NCBI GenBank assembly: GCA_963804645.1
Contig: CAWDRG010000009.1
Coordinates: forward strand, 512,001-576,000
Direction: 5' to 3'
Source: an uncultured Bacillota bacterium
GTDB lineage: Bacteria; Sysuimicrobiota; Sysuimicrobiia; Sysuimicrobiales; Segetimicrobiaceae
DNA length: 64,000 bases
The notes under the pieces: model-generated
Database searches by the model: none
The model's input: the letters and a program-made list of their open reading frames with translations, nothing else
What the model was told of the DNA's origin: nothing
Translations under genes and position numbers: made by a program
In this document: piece after piece, positions 1 through 9,786 of the stretch
Layout: each line of letters starts with the position of its first letter
How positions within the stretch are numbered: position 1 is the stretch's first letter

Positions 1-171
1 GTGCGGTTCCAGCGGGAGCGGCGGGCGCCGCGGTGAAGGGAGAGCGGTCGTGACGAACCCACGCAACCGAAGGTCGTGCGAGCTCGGTGGGCAAGGGTCA
101 GAGCAAAGAGGGAGTCGCGTGGACGAGCGGCAAGCGGCTCATACTCCACCTGGGGAAGGGAGCATGGGTTC

Positions 172-435
172 GTGCCAACTTACAAAACCAAACTCGTTCC
201 AGCGTCGGAAGCGGAAACGCGGGTCGTCCGAGGAGACTCACATCCCCCAGTATTGAAGGGGCATGGAGGCATTTCGTATCTCTGCGGATCGTGCGGGGCG
301 CTTATCATCCAAGAGATTACCCTCCTCGACGTCCAACGATACATGGATCTGCGTGTCGTCTTCAAGTGTCCCGCCTGCACTTCTTATAGCGAGATTGACT
401 GGCTCCCGGTCGTTATCGAAAACCAGGCTTACTGA
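172..435 (+). CDS. small zinc-ribbon-like hypothetical protein
   Basis: ORF 76..435; GTG at 172 after a GGGAG RBS is the likelier start; two CxxC motifs (CGSC, CPAC). Confidence 0.55.
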   Translation: MPTYKTKLVPASEAETRVVRGDSHPPVLKGHGGISYLCGSCGALIIQEITLLDVQRYMDLRVVFKCPACTSYSEIDWLPVVIENQAY

Positions 436-776
436 ATCTGGATTCATCGAGCAGGTACTGCAGCATGACCCTGCCTCACGAAGTTCGCGACCCCGTCGCT
501 GCAGCTCGTGTACTTTTGAACGCCGCGACCATGTGGGGCCGCGCGCAGACCTTCAACAAAGCCGAGGGCTGACGCCGATTACGGCGTTTGATGCCCCGCG
601 ATACCGGGACAGCTAGAGGAAATCGCGCCCGCGTCCTTATACTGGGTCATGCAGGCGGACAGGATGACCGGATTGGCTGCCGGGTGATCTCCCGCCACCC
701 TCACGATAAACCCGTTGTCCCCTGCTTCCGGTCCCGCCGCCGGCCTGAGCGCCGGCCAACGCGCCGGACCGGCGGG

Positions 777-1784
777 TTACGGCGTCACGATGATCGTCCC
801 GCGCATGCCCTGGGGGACGTGCACCACGCACCAGTACGTGAACGTGCCCGGCGTCGTGAACGTTAGGCTGTACTCGGTCGGTCCGGGAGGATTGACGGGA
901 AACAGGATACTGGAGTTATAGTAGGTGTTGCCCGTGTGCGTCGCGCCGCCCGCGGGGGCGAGGATCTTTGGATTGTAGTAGAATGCCGGCAATCCCCTGG
1001 GTGTGGGCTGCGGCGTAAGGAACGCCGGGATGTCGCCCGTGCCGGCAAACGTCACCGTGTGGATCTCGTCTGGATCCTTCATGACCCAGCGGACTGTGTC
1101 CCCGACCTTGACCGTGAGGTTGTCCGTGCCGAACCGGTACAGCGCGATCCGCTGACTCGCATCGCCCACCAGCGGAGCCGTGTAGGTCGTCCCGCTGGGT
1201 CCCGTGGACGCTGTCGCACGCGTCGCGGCGCGGAGCTTCGCGCCCGCCGCGAGCCCGCTCGCCCTCGCCGTCGCCGCGAGCGCGTCATACTGGTTTTGCG
1301 TTCTAGGGTACGGCGTTCCGGCGGGCTGCACGATCACCGTGCCGACCTGCACGGGATGCAGCAGGCACTGGTAGGTGTACGTGCCCGGCTTGGTGAACGT
1401 CACGCTCCAACTCTTGTTGTTGGGCCCGAACAAGCCCGAGTTCACGTACGCCGATCCCCCGTACGTATGCCCGCCATTCGGATAGGCGACAGCCGAGGGA
1501 AACTCCACCCGTCCATCCTTCTGCGGCGCGGCAAGATCCGGCGGCTTCGCGCCTGACATGAACGTCACCGTGTGATCCGCCAGGGCCGTGAGCGTAAAGT
1601 CGATGGTATCGCCCACGTTGACCGTAATCGTCCGTGGATAGAAGTCCAAGAGCTGTACCGCGTGGTCGGCCGAGTCCGCGCCGACTCCCACGTGCCACGT
1701 CTTGCCCGGAGCCGCTGCGCCGGATCCCACATAGACGGCCACGCTGAGCGCCGCCGCGAACGCCACCGCCCACCAACGTCCCAT
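777..1784 (-). CDS. secreted two-domain cupredoxin (plastocyanin/azurin-like copper-binding) protein
   Basis: Signal peptide MGRWWAVAFAAALS; two HTVTF...PGT(Y/F)TYxCxxH units (CLLHPVQ, CVVHVPQGM); start moved to ATG 1784. Confidence 0.85.
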   Translation of the reverse strand: MGRWWAVAFAAALSVAVYVGSGAAAPGKTWHVGVGADSADHAVQLLDFYPRTITVNVGDTIDFTLTALADHTVTFMSGAKPPDLAAPQKDGRVEFPSAVAYPNGGHTYGGSAYVNSGLFGPNNKSWSVTFTKPGTYTYQCLLHPVQVGTVIVQPAGTPYPRTQNQYDALAATARASGLAAGAKLRAATRATASTGPSGTTYTAPLVGDASQRIALYRFGTDNLTVKVGDTVRWVMKDPDEIHTVTFAGTGDIPAFLTPQPTPRGLPAFYYNPKILAPAGGATHTGNTYYNSSILFPVNPPGPTEYSLTFTTPGTFTYWCVVHVPQGMRGTIIVTP

Positions 1785-2062
1785 CAACAGCCCCCAATCC
1801 CGGATGCGGTCCCGTTGCCCTGCGATCGCTACCTCGTAACGGCTCGTTACATTCTCGCGCGGTGGCGAAACCCCTGTTCCAGAGTTCCCGCCGGATTCAT
1901 GGGGTTTAGGCAATGACGAACGCCCCGGCTGAATCGTCAGGGCGTTCTCTTCCCTGGTGCGCCGAGAGGAACTCCTTATGGCACGGCGATCAGGGCCGCT
2001 AAAACGGCGGAAATACTTTTGACTCGGCAGGCGGCTGTCTCCAAACTCAATCTCATCGCGTC

Positions 2063-2171
2063 CTAGTGTCCTGAGTCAGAGATTCGCTAACATAGTCCGG
2101 TGAGATTCGTCAAGATTGTCAGTACCTCGGGGCTCAGACTTATGGAAGCAACTTTCGACTCAGGACACTAG
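2063..2171. mobile_element. MITE-like non-autonomous element
   Basis: Perfect 15-bp terminal inverted repeat CTAGTGTCCTGAGTC (2063-2077) / GACTCAGGACACTAG (2157-2171), CTAG at both outer ends, AT-richer interior, too short for a transposase. Confidence 0.7.
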
Positions 2172-2448
2172 TTGGACATCTCCGAATCGCTACCGCGCGT
2201 TGCGAAACGGACTGAATGGCAAGGACGCTCCTCCTCCGGGCGCTTGCGCACCGTCTGCCGCACCGACGCGGGCCCGCACCTGTTGGCGAGCCTGTAGGGC
2301 GGGCCACCAGCGGCCGGACGTCGGGGGCGGCCGGAGGAGGTAATTTCCGTGCGTCGCGTGAATGCGCGTCCCAGTAACTCGGCTGTAGTAAGCCGAGCGC
2401 GAGCGCGTGGGGATGTTTCTGCGGGGGCGCGAGGGAGGAAGAGCGCGT

Positions 2449-3354
2449 ATGCGGCGATTTCGGGCGGCTCTGGTTGCGGCGTTGCTCGCGTGTACACTGA
2501 CAGGGATCACACTCCCTGCCCCCGCGTTGACGCCATTTCCGTTCACCATTATCGACGCTCCGAATGCTGGTCCGAAAGGGACCCAGGTGGAGAGCATCAA
2601 CGATGCCGGGCAAATGGTGGGCGCCTTTACCGATGCGGGCGACAAAATTCACGGGTTCTTGCGCACCAGTACCGGCGCATTTGTCACCATTGACGTCCCC
2701 GGCGCGGCTTCAACCTACGCTGCCGGGATCAGCGATGCTGGGCGAATTGTGGGGGGCTTTGATGACGCGGGCGGTAAGAGCCACGGCTTCTTGCGCACCA
2801 CGACCGGCGCGCTCACGACCTTCGACGCCCCCGGCGCGAGCGGCACCCAAGGCTCCGGTATCAACAGCGCCGGGCAAATCGTGGGAGGCTTTTTCGGGCG
2901 CGACGGCAATCAACACGGTTTCTTGCGCACGGCCAGCGGTGCCTTTACCGTCATTGACGTCCACGGGGCGAGCGGGACCACCGCTACCAGCATCAACGAT
3001 GCCGGGCAAATCGTGGGATGGTATGCAGTGGGTCCGATGGGAAACAACATGAACCACGGCTTCTTGCGCGTCGCGACCGGCGTCCTTACTACCATCAACG
3101 TTACCTTTCCGGGCTCGTACGGCACCGAGGCCAACAGCATCAACGGCACCGGACTGATCGTGGGAGATTTTTTCGGCGCGGACGGCAGGCAACACGGCTT
3201 CTTGCGCACCGCGACCGGTGCCTTTGCTACCATCGACGCTCCAGGCCGGACCGATGTCGAGGTCACAGCCTCCAGCATCAACCACGCACGGCAGATTGTG
3301 GGATGGTTCGTTGAATCGTACGATCAGTATCACGGCTTCGTGACAGCACGATAG
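2449..3354 (+). CDS. secreted HAF-like repeat beta-propeller protein (6 repeats)
   Basis: GGAGG RBS before ATG 2449; signal peptide; six ~45-aa repeats FxxIDxPGAxxTxxxxINxAGQIVG...HGFLR. Confidence 0.85.
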   Translation: MRRFRAALVAALLACTLTGITLPAPALTPFPFTIIDAPNAGPKGTQVESINDAGQMVGAFTDAGDKIHGFLRTSTGAFVTIDVPGAASTYAAGISDAGRIVGGFDDAGGKSHGFLRTTTGALTTFDAPGASGTQGSGINSAGQIVGGFFGRDGNQHGFLRTASGAFTVIDVHGASGTTATSINDAGQIVGWYAVGPMGNNMNHGFLRVATGVLTTINVTFPGSYGTEANSINGTGLIVGDFFGADGRQHGFLRTATGAFATIDAPGRTDVEVTASSINHARQIVGWFVESYDQYHGFVTAR

Positions 3355-3552
3355 GTCGTTCCGGTTCCGCTCGTCGCCGCTCATCGCACGATGGTGCGCT
3401 CCGTCCAACCACCGCGCGCCATGGGCTTATCGTTCATTTTGAACGCACCGGCAACCCTGTGGCGTCACTCCGGTACCGATTTCGTCTGAGCTGGTCCGTG
3501 AGGCAAGTCCTGTCCCCCCGGAGGAACCCAGGTGGATCTCAACAGACGGTGC

Positions 3553-4818
3553 TCACCCGCAGCCCGGAGTGCCAGCCGGCCACCCGGCATTGGTGTTGAC
3601 CCTTTCTTCGTGCCACGTCGGAGTGCCCACCTGTTGCCACCAATAGTCGAGGTCGCCGCACGCGTCGGTCGTGGTGATCACGACCGAGCCGCCGGCCAGC
3701 GTGATCGACCGCGGATCGTTCCACCCACTGTAATTACCGTTCCCGCCGTCAGGGTGCTGCAGATTCCATGAACCACTGCTAGCACCCGACAGCCACCAGT
3801 AGTCCAAATACGTTGGCGAGGTCGCCGAGTCAGTGGTATCGTCCGTGGCAACGATGACGGGGTTGCCTTTGGCCCAGGCGATCGATGGGCCACTGAACTC
3901 CCGGGTGCCGTTAGTGTTCACCTGCTGTTTGTGCCACGTCGCCGTCCCCGCGGCTTGCCACCAGTAGACGATGTCGCCAGGGCCCTGCATTGCGGCGATG
4001 ACCACCGCGCTGCCGGTCCACGCGATGGAAGGATATGCGCCCCCACCGGAGTCCACGACCTGGCGGTGCCAGGGCGCCGTCCCGGCCTGCTGCCAATAGT
4101 AGCAGAGGCCCGCGTTGCATGAGTCGGCGATGACGACCGACGTCCCCGTCCACGCGATCGATGGCTGGCTTGGGTGGGCGTTCCCATCTTGGGACGAGAC
4201 CAGCTGATGGTACCAAGTCGTCTGGCCTTTCTCTTGAAACCAGTAGTGCAGCCCGTTCTTGTCGATCGCGGCGATGACGACCGATTTGCCGGTCCACGCG
4301 ATACTCGGCACGGAGTAGCCTACGAGGTACGTGAAGGGCGGCGTTCCGCCGCCGAAGGAACAGCAGCCCGGCGGACCCGTGGCCACTGTCTGCTGGTTCC
4401 AGGTGGTGCCGCCGCTCGGCTGGTACCAGTAGAAGATGCCGCCATTTCTTTGGTCTCTGGCGGCAATAATGACCGAACTGCCGGTCCACGCGATCGCGTT
4501 TGACTGATAGCCGGTTGGCGTCACGGGGGTCCACCCGCTCGCGCTATTCGGACAATCGTTGCCTGACGCGACCTGCTGCTTCTGCCAGGTTCCAGTGCCG
4601 ACTTTCTGCCAGTAATAGAACAGGTTGCCGCCATCGGAACGCATGGGCGACGCCACGATCACCACCGATGCGCCGGTGTATGCGATCCCGCTGTTGAAGA
4701 TGGCATCATTGCAGGTAAACGCGCGAGCGGCGGGGCCGGGGTAGACGGTGACGCCCAGCGCGAATGCGATCGAGAACGCGGCACTCAGCCCACGACGAGC
4801 CCACGACATCTTGCTCAT
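3553..4818 (-). CDS. secreted Trp-rich 7-repeat beta-propeller protein (lectin-like)
   Basis: Signal peptide ending AARA; seven repeats PSIAWTGxxVVIAA...YWWQxxGxxxWxxQxV. Confidence 0.8.
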   Translation of the reverse strand: MSKMSWARRGLSAAFSIAFALGVTVYPGPAARAFTCNDAIFNSGIAYTGASVVIVASPMRSDGGNLFYYWQKVGTGTWQKQQVASGNDCPNSASGWTPVTPTGYQSNAIAWTGSSVIIAARDQRNGGIFYWYQPSGGTTWNQQTVATGPPGCCSFGGGTPPFTYLVGYSVPSIAWTGKSVVIAAIDKNGLHYWFQEKGQTTWYHQLVSSQDGNAHPSQPSIAWTGTSVVIADSCNAGLCYYWQQAGTAPWHRQVVDSGGGAYPSIAWTGSAVVIAAMQGPGDIVYWWQAAGTATWHKQQVNTNGTREFSGPSIAWAKGNPVIVATDDTTDSATSPTYLDYWWLSGASSGSWNLQHPDGGNGNYSGWNDPRSITLAGGSVVITTTDACGDLDYWWQQVGTPTWHEERVNTNAGWPAGTPGCG

Positions 4819-4954
4819 GCCAGGCCTCCCAGTTGAGCTGACATGGTCCAGCCGACCGCAGAATCACGCCCGACGTGTGCGAAGGGCGTTGTCCAACGAA
4901 AGGATTTTCTAGCTGTTTGAGCCGTCCCCTTTTCGTGTGCACATCGGGAGCCTG

Positions 4955-5273
4955 GCTTGACGGCCTGGGCACGCCTGCGCCTATTTTCCCCACTCGGCAT
5001 CTCTTGATCCGCGGGCCTTATCGATACGTCCGAAACCCGATCTATCTGGCAGGCGTTTCAATCATTCTGGGCCAGGCCGGGATCCTCGGGAACTTGAATC
5101 TCATAGCGTATGCACTGTTGGTATGGCTGGGGATACATGCGTTCGCGATTCTGTACGAAGAACCCACGCTTCGGGAGTCGTTCGGTGCTCAGTACGATGG
5201 GTATTGCGCGGCCGTTCCCCGGTGGGTGCCTCGGCGACCGGCGCTGAGGTTGGGCGCCGGAAGCGGTCGATGA
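4955..5273 (+). pseudogene. 5'-truncated isoprenylcysteine carboxyl methyltransferase/PEMT-family fragment
   Basis: GxGTPAP..PTxxLxxxGPYRYVRNPIY and YEEPxLxxxFGxxYxxYCxxVPRW motifs present; N-terminal TM helices and a credible start are missing. Confidence 0.65.
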
Positions 5274-5307
5274 AACCGCATCGGGTTCGGCGCGATCACC
5301 GGGTCGG

Positions 5308-6063
5308 TCAATCGACCCGGTAGTCCCACAGCTTCAACGGGAACTGGTTGGGCAGCACGACGATGTCATCGACCCGCACGCGGTCGGGGAGCGCGGCCAG
5401 GAACAGCACCGCATGCGCCACGTCCTCCGGCCGCATCATCGCGGCCCGCGTCTCCGCGGGGAGCGGCACCAGCTTCTTGTCCCAGATCGTCGTGTCGGTC
5501 GGGCCCGGGTTCACCATGCAGACCCGGATGCCGTACTGATGGTTTTCCGCCAGCAGCGCCTGGGTCAGGCCCACGACGCCGAACTTGCCGGCGCCGTAGG
5601 GCGCGACGAGCGGAGCCGCTTTCATCCCCGTGATGGATGCGACGTTGATGATCGTCCCTTTCCGCCGCGTCCGCATGCCCGGGAGGACCGCGCGGCAGCA
5701 CAGGAATGTGCCGCGCAGATTGACGTTCACAATGCGGTCCCACTCGGCGATGTCGTAGTCCGCCACCTCGCTCGGCGCCACCGTGCCCACCCCGGCGTTG
5801 TTCACCAGGATGTCGATGCGGCCGAACGTCTTGACCGTGTCCAGCACCGCCGCGTCCACTTGGGACGGATCGGCCACGTCGCAGCGCAGGGCCAGCGCCT
5901 CACCACCGGCCGCGCGGATCTGGTCCGCCATCCCGGACACGTCCGGAAGCGTACGGGAGCACGCGGCCACCCGCGCGCCCGCCCCGGCCAGCGCCAGTGC
6001 CACCGCCCGGCCGATTCCGCGGCCGCCGCCGGTGACGAGGGCGACATCCCCCGGCCGGATCAC
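5308..6063 (-). CDS. SDR family NAD(P)-dependent oxidoreductase
   Basis: TGGGRGIG, NNAG and YGAGK (YxxxK) motifs. Confidence 0.92.
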   Translation of the reverse strand: MIRPGDVALVTGGGRGIGRAVALALAGAGARVAACSRTLPDVSGMADQIRAAGGEALALRCDVADPSQVDAAVLDTVKTFGRIDILVNNAGVGTVAPSEVADYDIAEWDRIVNVNLRGTFLCCRAVLPGMRTRRKGTIINVASITGMKAAPLVAPYGAGKFGVVGLTQALLAENHQYGIRVCMVNPGPTDTTIWDKKLVPLPAETRAAMMRPEDVAHAVLFLAALPDRVRVDDIVVLPNQFPLKLWDYRVD

Positions 6064-6070
6064 GCGCGCG

Positions 6071-6970
6071 CTACCACCGGCCGCCGGGTTGTTCGTAGTG
6101 CACCCAGCGTCGAGCCAAGACGAAGTTCAGCAGTGTGAGCAGGAGAATCACAATGAAGAGACCCCACGCCAGCGCCGACGCATACCCCATGTTGAAGAAC
6201 TCGAATGCCTCGTTGAAGATGTACATGACGTAGAACAGCAGGGACCCCCCCGGATCGCCGGATCCGCCCGAGAGCACGTACGGCTGCGTAAACGCCTGGA
6301 AGGCGGCGATCATGCCGATGATCAGGTTGAAAAAAATCGTGGGGGTGATCATGGGCACGGTCACGTGGCGGAACTGGGCCAGCGTGCCGGCGCCGTCCAC
6401 CCGCGCCGCGTCGTAGAGGCCCTGAGGGACGTCCTGGAGCCCGGCGAGGAAGATGACCATGGGCTGTCCCATCATCCAGACGCTCAGAAACACGAGCGTG
6501 GTCTTGGTCCACGCCGGGTCGGTGAGCCAGTACGGCTGGGGCAGATGGACCAGGGCGAGCACGTGGTTCACGAGGCCGAAGTCGTGGTTGAAGATGAACA
6601 TCCAGACGACGGTCGCGGCCACCGTGGGCATTACGCTCGGGAGGTAGAACACGGTGCGGTAGACCTTCATGCCCCGCACCTTCTGGTTCAGCAGCAGTGC
6701 CACGAGCAGCGCCGCGGCCAGCTGCAGGGGCACCGACACCACGGTATAGAGCCCCGTGTTGTACAGTGCCTGGTAGAATGCCGGGTCCCGAAACATGTGC
6801 GTGAAGTTGGACGGCCCCACCCACATGGGGCGGGTGATCATGTCCCACTTGGTGAACGCGATGACCAGAGAGGCGATCATCGGGCCGCCGTAGAGGAAGA
6901 TGATCCCCAGCGCCCAGGGCACGAGGAACAGATAGGCCCAGAGCCAGTCGCGCTGGCGCTGACGCGTCAT
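6071..6970 (-). CDS. carbohydrate (CUT1) ABC transporter permease
   Basis: Multiple TM helices, EAA-type loop (LYDAARVDGA), YASALAW; ATG 6970 preferred over 7009. Confidence 0.92.
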   Translation of the reverse strand: MTRQRQRDWLWAYLFLVPWALGIIFLYGGPMIASLVIAFTKWDMITRPMWVGPSNFTHMFRDPAFYQALYNTGLYTVVSVPLQLAAALLVALLLNQKVRGMKVYRTVFYLPSVMPTVAATVVWMFIFNHDFGLVNHVLALVHLPQPYWLTDPAWTKTTLVFLSVWMMGQPMVIFLAGLQDVPQGLYDAARVDGAGTLAQFRHVTVPMITPTIFFNLIIGMIAAFQAFTQPYVLSGGSGDPGGSLLFYVMYIFNEAFEFFNMGYASALAWGLFIVILLLTLLNFVLARRWVHYEQPGGRW

Positions 6971-7060
6971 TCCGCCCGCGGCGTTCGCGTCCCGTGTCGG
7001 ATGAGGCACCCGGGTGCCACAGGCAGGGCGCTCACCGCTACTGCCCGCGGCACCATCCGT

Positions 7061-8377
7061 CTAACTGGCCTGCGGCAGCGCCCTGATCAGGTCATTCACG
7101 GTGCCGGCGACCGCATCGAGCGACGCCTTGGGGTCCATCTTCTGCGGGCCCCAGACGTTCGTCAGGGCCGAGATGAGGGTGCTGTGCACCCCGACCCAGT
7201 TGCCGGCCACAGGCTCAGGCCGGCCGTACCCGAAGGCGTCCCGAATGACTTGGACGTTCCTGGGTACCAGGACCTTGCCACTCAGCTTGGTCAAGACGTC
7301 ATTAAAGTTGTTCTTGCGCGTCGGCATGATGATGCCGTTGTCGACGTACGCGTTGAAGGCGTCAGGGCCGGCCAGGAACTTGAGCAGCTCCCAGGACTCG
7401 TCCGGATTTTTCGTGGCCTTCAACATTGCGTGTCCGGCGGAGGCGACCCGGGTTACCTTCTTGCCATCGGTCGGCATGGGCGCGACATCCCAGTCGAACT
7501 TGGCGTCCTTCAGAGCGATGAAGGCCGTGTAGAACGGCTCGAAGCCCGCCTTCCCCGCGGCCATGTAGTCGCCGAAGGTCTTGACGTTATCGAGGCTGGG
7601 ATGGATCTTGTCCGTCCAGATCACGTCCTGGATGAACTGCGCCGCGTCGACACCGGGCTTCGCGTTCGCCGTGTATTGCGTGCGATCCGCGTTCAGCAAA
7701 TCGCCGCCGTTCTGCCACGTCTTGACGGTGAACGCGAAGATGTCGGTGGTCATGCCGTACAGCCCGTAGACCTGGTCGGCGCCGGAGCCCTTGGTCATGG
7801 CCTTCGCCATCGTCACCAGGTCCTCCCACTTCCAGCCGGGTTTCGGATCGGGCAGGCCGGCGGCCTTCAGCAGGGTGCGGTTGAAGATCATGACAAACGC
7901 CGTCGTCTCCCGGGGCAGGCCGTAGACCTGGCCCTTGAGGGTAAAGTCCTGGACGGCGGGCGCCAGGTAGTCTCCCAGATCAAAGTTATCCTTCTTGATG
8001 AACGGACCCAGCTCCATGAAGGCGCCCCGCGCAACCAGGCCCGGGGTGATGTACGTGTGGTTCCACATCACGTCCGGCGGGATGCCGCCCGCCAGCATCG
8101 TCAGCACCTTCTGCTGCTGATCGACGGCGTTGCCGTTCGGGATCCACGTCACGGCGATGTCGATGTTGGGGTTTCTCGCCTTGAACATGGTGAAGAGTTG
8201 ATCGTACATCGCGCGTTCCGTGTCGCTGCCGCGGCCCAGGTAGTTGAGCGTGACCTTGCCGCTGGGCGCGGCGAAACTCTTGGAGCCACCCGCCAGCACG
8301 CCGCCGAGGGCCGTCATGCCGACCCCTGCCGCGACCGCGCCGCCGAGCAACGTTCGCCGGCTGACTCGCCGTCTCAC
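7061..8377 (-). CDS. carbohydrate ABC substrate-binding protein, Tat-exported
   Basis: SRRTLL twin-arginine signal; SBP family-1 motifs (GQVYGLP, WDVAPMP); GTG 8377 after G-rich RBS. Confidence 0.9.
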   Translation of the reverse strand: MRRRVSRRTLLGGAVAAGVGMTALGGVLAGGSKSFAAPSGKVTLNYLGRGSDTERAMYDQLFTMFKARNPNIDIAVTWIPNGNAVDQQQKVLTMLAGGIPPDVMWNHTYITPGLVARGAFMELGPFIKKDNFDLGDYLAPAVQDFTLKGQVYGLPRETTAFVMIFNRTLLKAAGLPDPKPGWKWEDLVTMAKAMTKGSGADQVYGLYGMTTDIFAFTVKTWQNGGDLLNADRTQYTANAKPGVDAAQFIQDVIWTDKIHPSLDNVKTFGDYMAAGKAGFEPFYTAFIALKDAKFDWDVAPMPTDGKKVTRVASAGHAMLKATKNPDESWELLKFLAGPDAFNAYVDNGIIMPTRKNNFNDVLTKLSGKVLVPRNVQVIRDAFGYGRPEPVAGNWVGVHSTLISALTNVWGPQKMDPKASLDAVAGTVNDLIRALPQAS

Positions 8378-8577
8378 GGTGTGTCCCCCCTCTCTTGCTC
8401 GCAGAGACTTCCCTGCACCGAATCTCTGCACGAGCTTCACGCCACGCCTCTGGCGCCGAGCACGCCAGCCGCCCGATCCAGAAGGACGGCGGTCGTTTCC
8501 ACCAGGGCCGGCGGTCCTCGGACGGGGCGCGCCGGCTCGGCGCGGGGCAGATCTCGCGGCATCCCTGTGGGCACGAG

Positions 8578-9429
8578 TTACTTGCCTCCGAGGCCGCTGA
8601 ACTGCAGTCCTTCGATGAAGTAGCGTTGGGCGGCAAAAAAGACCACCAGCACCGGCACGAGCATCAGGAAGGACGCCGCGAGAAGCAGGTTCCAGCGGGT
8701 GGCGTACTGCCCGACGAAGTTGTAGAGCCCGAGGGCCAAGGTGTACTTCTTGGCATCCGTCAGGTAGATCAGGGGCGTCAGAAAGTCGTTCCAGTGCGTG
8801 ACGAAGGAGAACATCACGATCGTCGCCACGGCCGGTGCGCTCAAGGGCAGCAGGACGCGCGACAGGATCTGCAGATGGTTGGCCCCGTCGATGCGCGCCG
8901 CTTCATCCAGTTCGTAGGGGACGGACATGAAGAACTGCCGCAGCAGGAAGATGTTGAAGGCGCCGCCCCCAAGCCACGTGGGAATGATCAAGGGCAGGAA
9001 CGTGTTGATCCAGCCCATGTAGCGAAACTCGATGAATCGGGGGATCAGCGTCACTGCATCCGGAAGCATCACCGTGGAGATGACCAGCAGAAACAGAGCG
9101 TCGCGGCCGGGGAACCGTATCCGCGCGAACGCGTAGGCGGCCATCGGCGCGGTCAGCAGGGCGCCAGCGGCCGCGCCGACGAAAATCGTCAGGGTATTGA
9201 GGAGATAGCGGGCGAACGGAGCGGCAGTGACCGCCTCGACATAGTTCTCCCACCGGAACGTCCTCGGGATGATCTCCGGCGGAAACGCGAACTCCTGTCC
9301 CGCGGGCTTGAGGGACGCCGTCAGCAGCAGCAGCAGGGGAATCAGGTTGATGCACGCGCCCGCGAGCAGGGCCAGCCCCACGAGGGACCGGAGCCACATA
9401 CGGCGAGATAGTCCGGCGCGCAGCTTCAT
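8578..9429 (-). CDS. carbohydrate (CUT1) ABC transporter permease
   Basis: 3' part of ORF 8578..11178; ATG 9429; ELDEAARIDGA, WNDFLTPLIYL, AQRYFIEG. Confidence 0.92.
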   Translation of the reverse strand: MKLRAGLSRRMWLRSLVGLALLAGACINLIPLLLLLTASLKPAGQEFAFPPEIIPRTFRWENYVEAVTAAPFARYLLNTLTIFVGAAAGALLTAPMAAYAFARIRFPGRDALFLLVISTVMLPDAVTLIPRFIEFRYMGWINTFLPLIIPTWLGGGAFNIFLLRQFFMSVPYELDEAARIDGANHLQILSRVLLPLSAPAVATIVMFSFVTHWNDFLTPLIYLTDAKKYTLALGLYNFVGQYATRWNLLLAASFLMLVPVLVVFFAAQRYFIEGLQFSGLGGK

Positions 9430-9529
9430 ATCAGTCCCGCCCACGGCAACCGGTGCACGGGCCGCCGCGCTGGACGGCGGGCCGGAGTCGGCTCCACGAG
9501 GTGCCCTGCCAGACACTCGCGAACACCCG

Positions 9530-9544
9530 GCACACACTGTGCCA
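9530..9544 (-). promoter_or_regulatory. candidate sigma-54 (-24/-12) promoter
   Basis: Minus strand reads TGGCACA-GTGT-GTGC with exactly 10 nt between GG and GC, ~100 bp upstream of the permease start. Confidence 0.4.
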
Positions 9545-9600
9545 GCTCGCACCGCTCGCGCGGAGCACGACGGAGCCCGGACCAATTGCCCGGCACACTC

Positions 9601-9606
9601 ATTATA
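9601..9606 (-). promoter_or_regulatory. candidate sigma-70 -10 box
   Basis: Perfect TATAAT on minus strand in a very GC-rich intergenic region; no clear -35. Confidence 0.4.
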
Positions 9607-9786
9607 CGCTCGCGCGCGCCGCGAATCCTGTGGACGCGGCCGCGTCTTCATGCGGCGCACACGGCTGCGCGCGACCGCACGCGCCCTGCGCGAGCCGAAC
9701 AGGGACCTGCGGATCGCGGGGCGAACCGTCCGAGCCGTCGCGTCAGCGAGCGTGTCAGGCGACGACCGTGCACTCCGGAGGAACCG

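Noticed and set aside
436..776. Short ORFs 263..616, 588..866 and 637..831
   Set aside because: No RBS, motif or plausible protein composition; treated as intergenic or decayed DNA
2520..4700. Periodic DNA repeats as a possible CRISPR array
   Set aside because: Repeats are degenerate, in frame and encode propeller blades; no constant repeat-spacer structure and no cas genes
5783..8623. 946-aa + strand ORF (also 15137..17167, 32250..34277, 39549..41855, 44780..47197, 51549..53405, 55176..57059, 60979..63054)
   Set aside because: Antisense or alternative-frame shadows of well-supported genes in high-GC DNA; Arg/Pro-rich with no motifs
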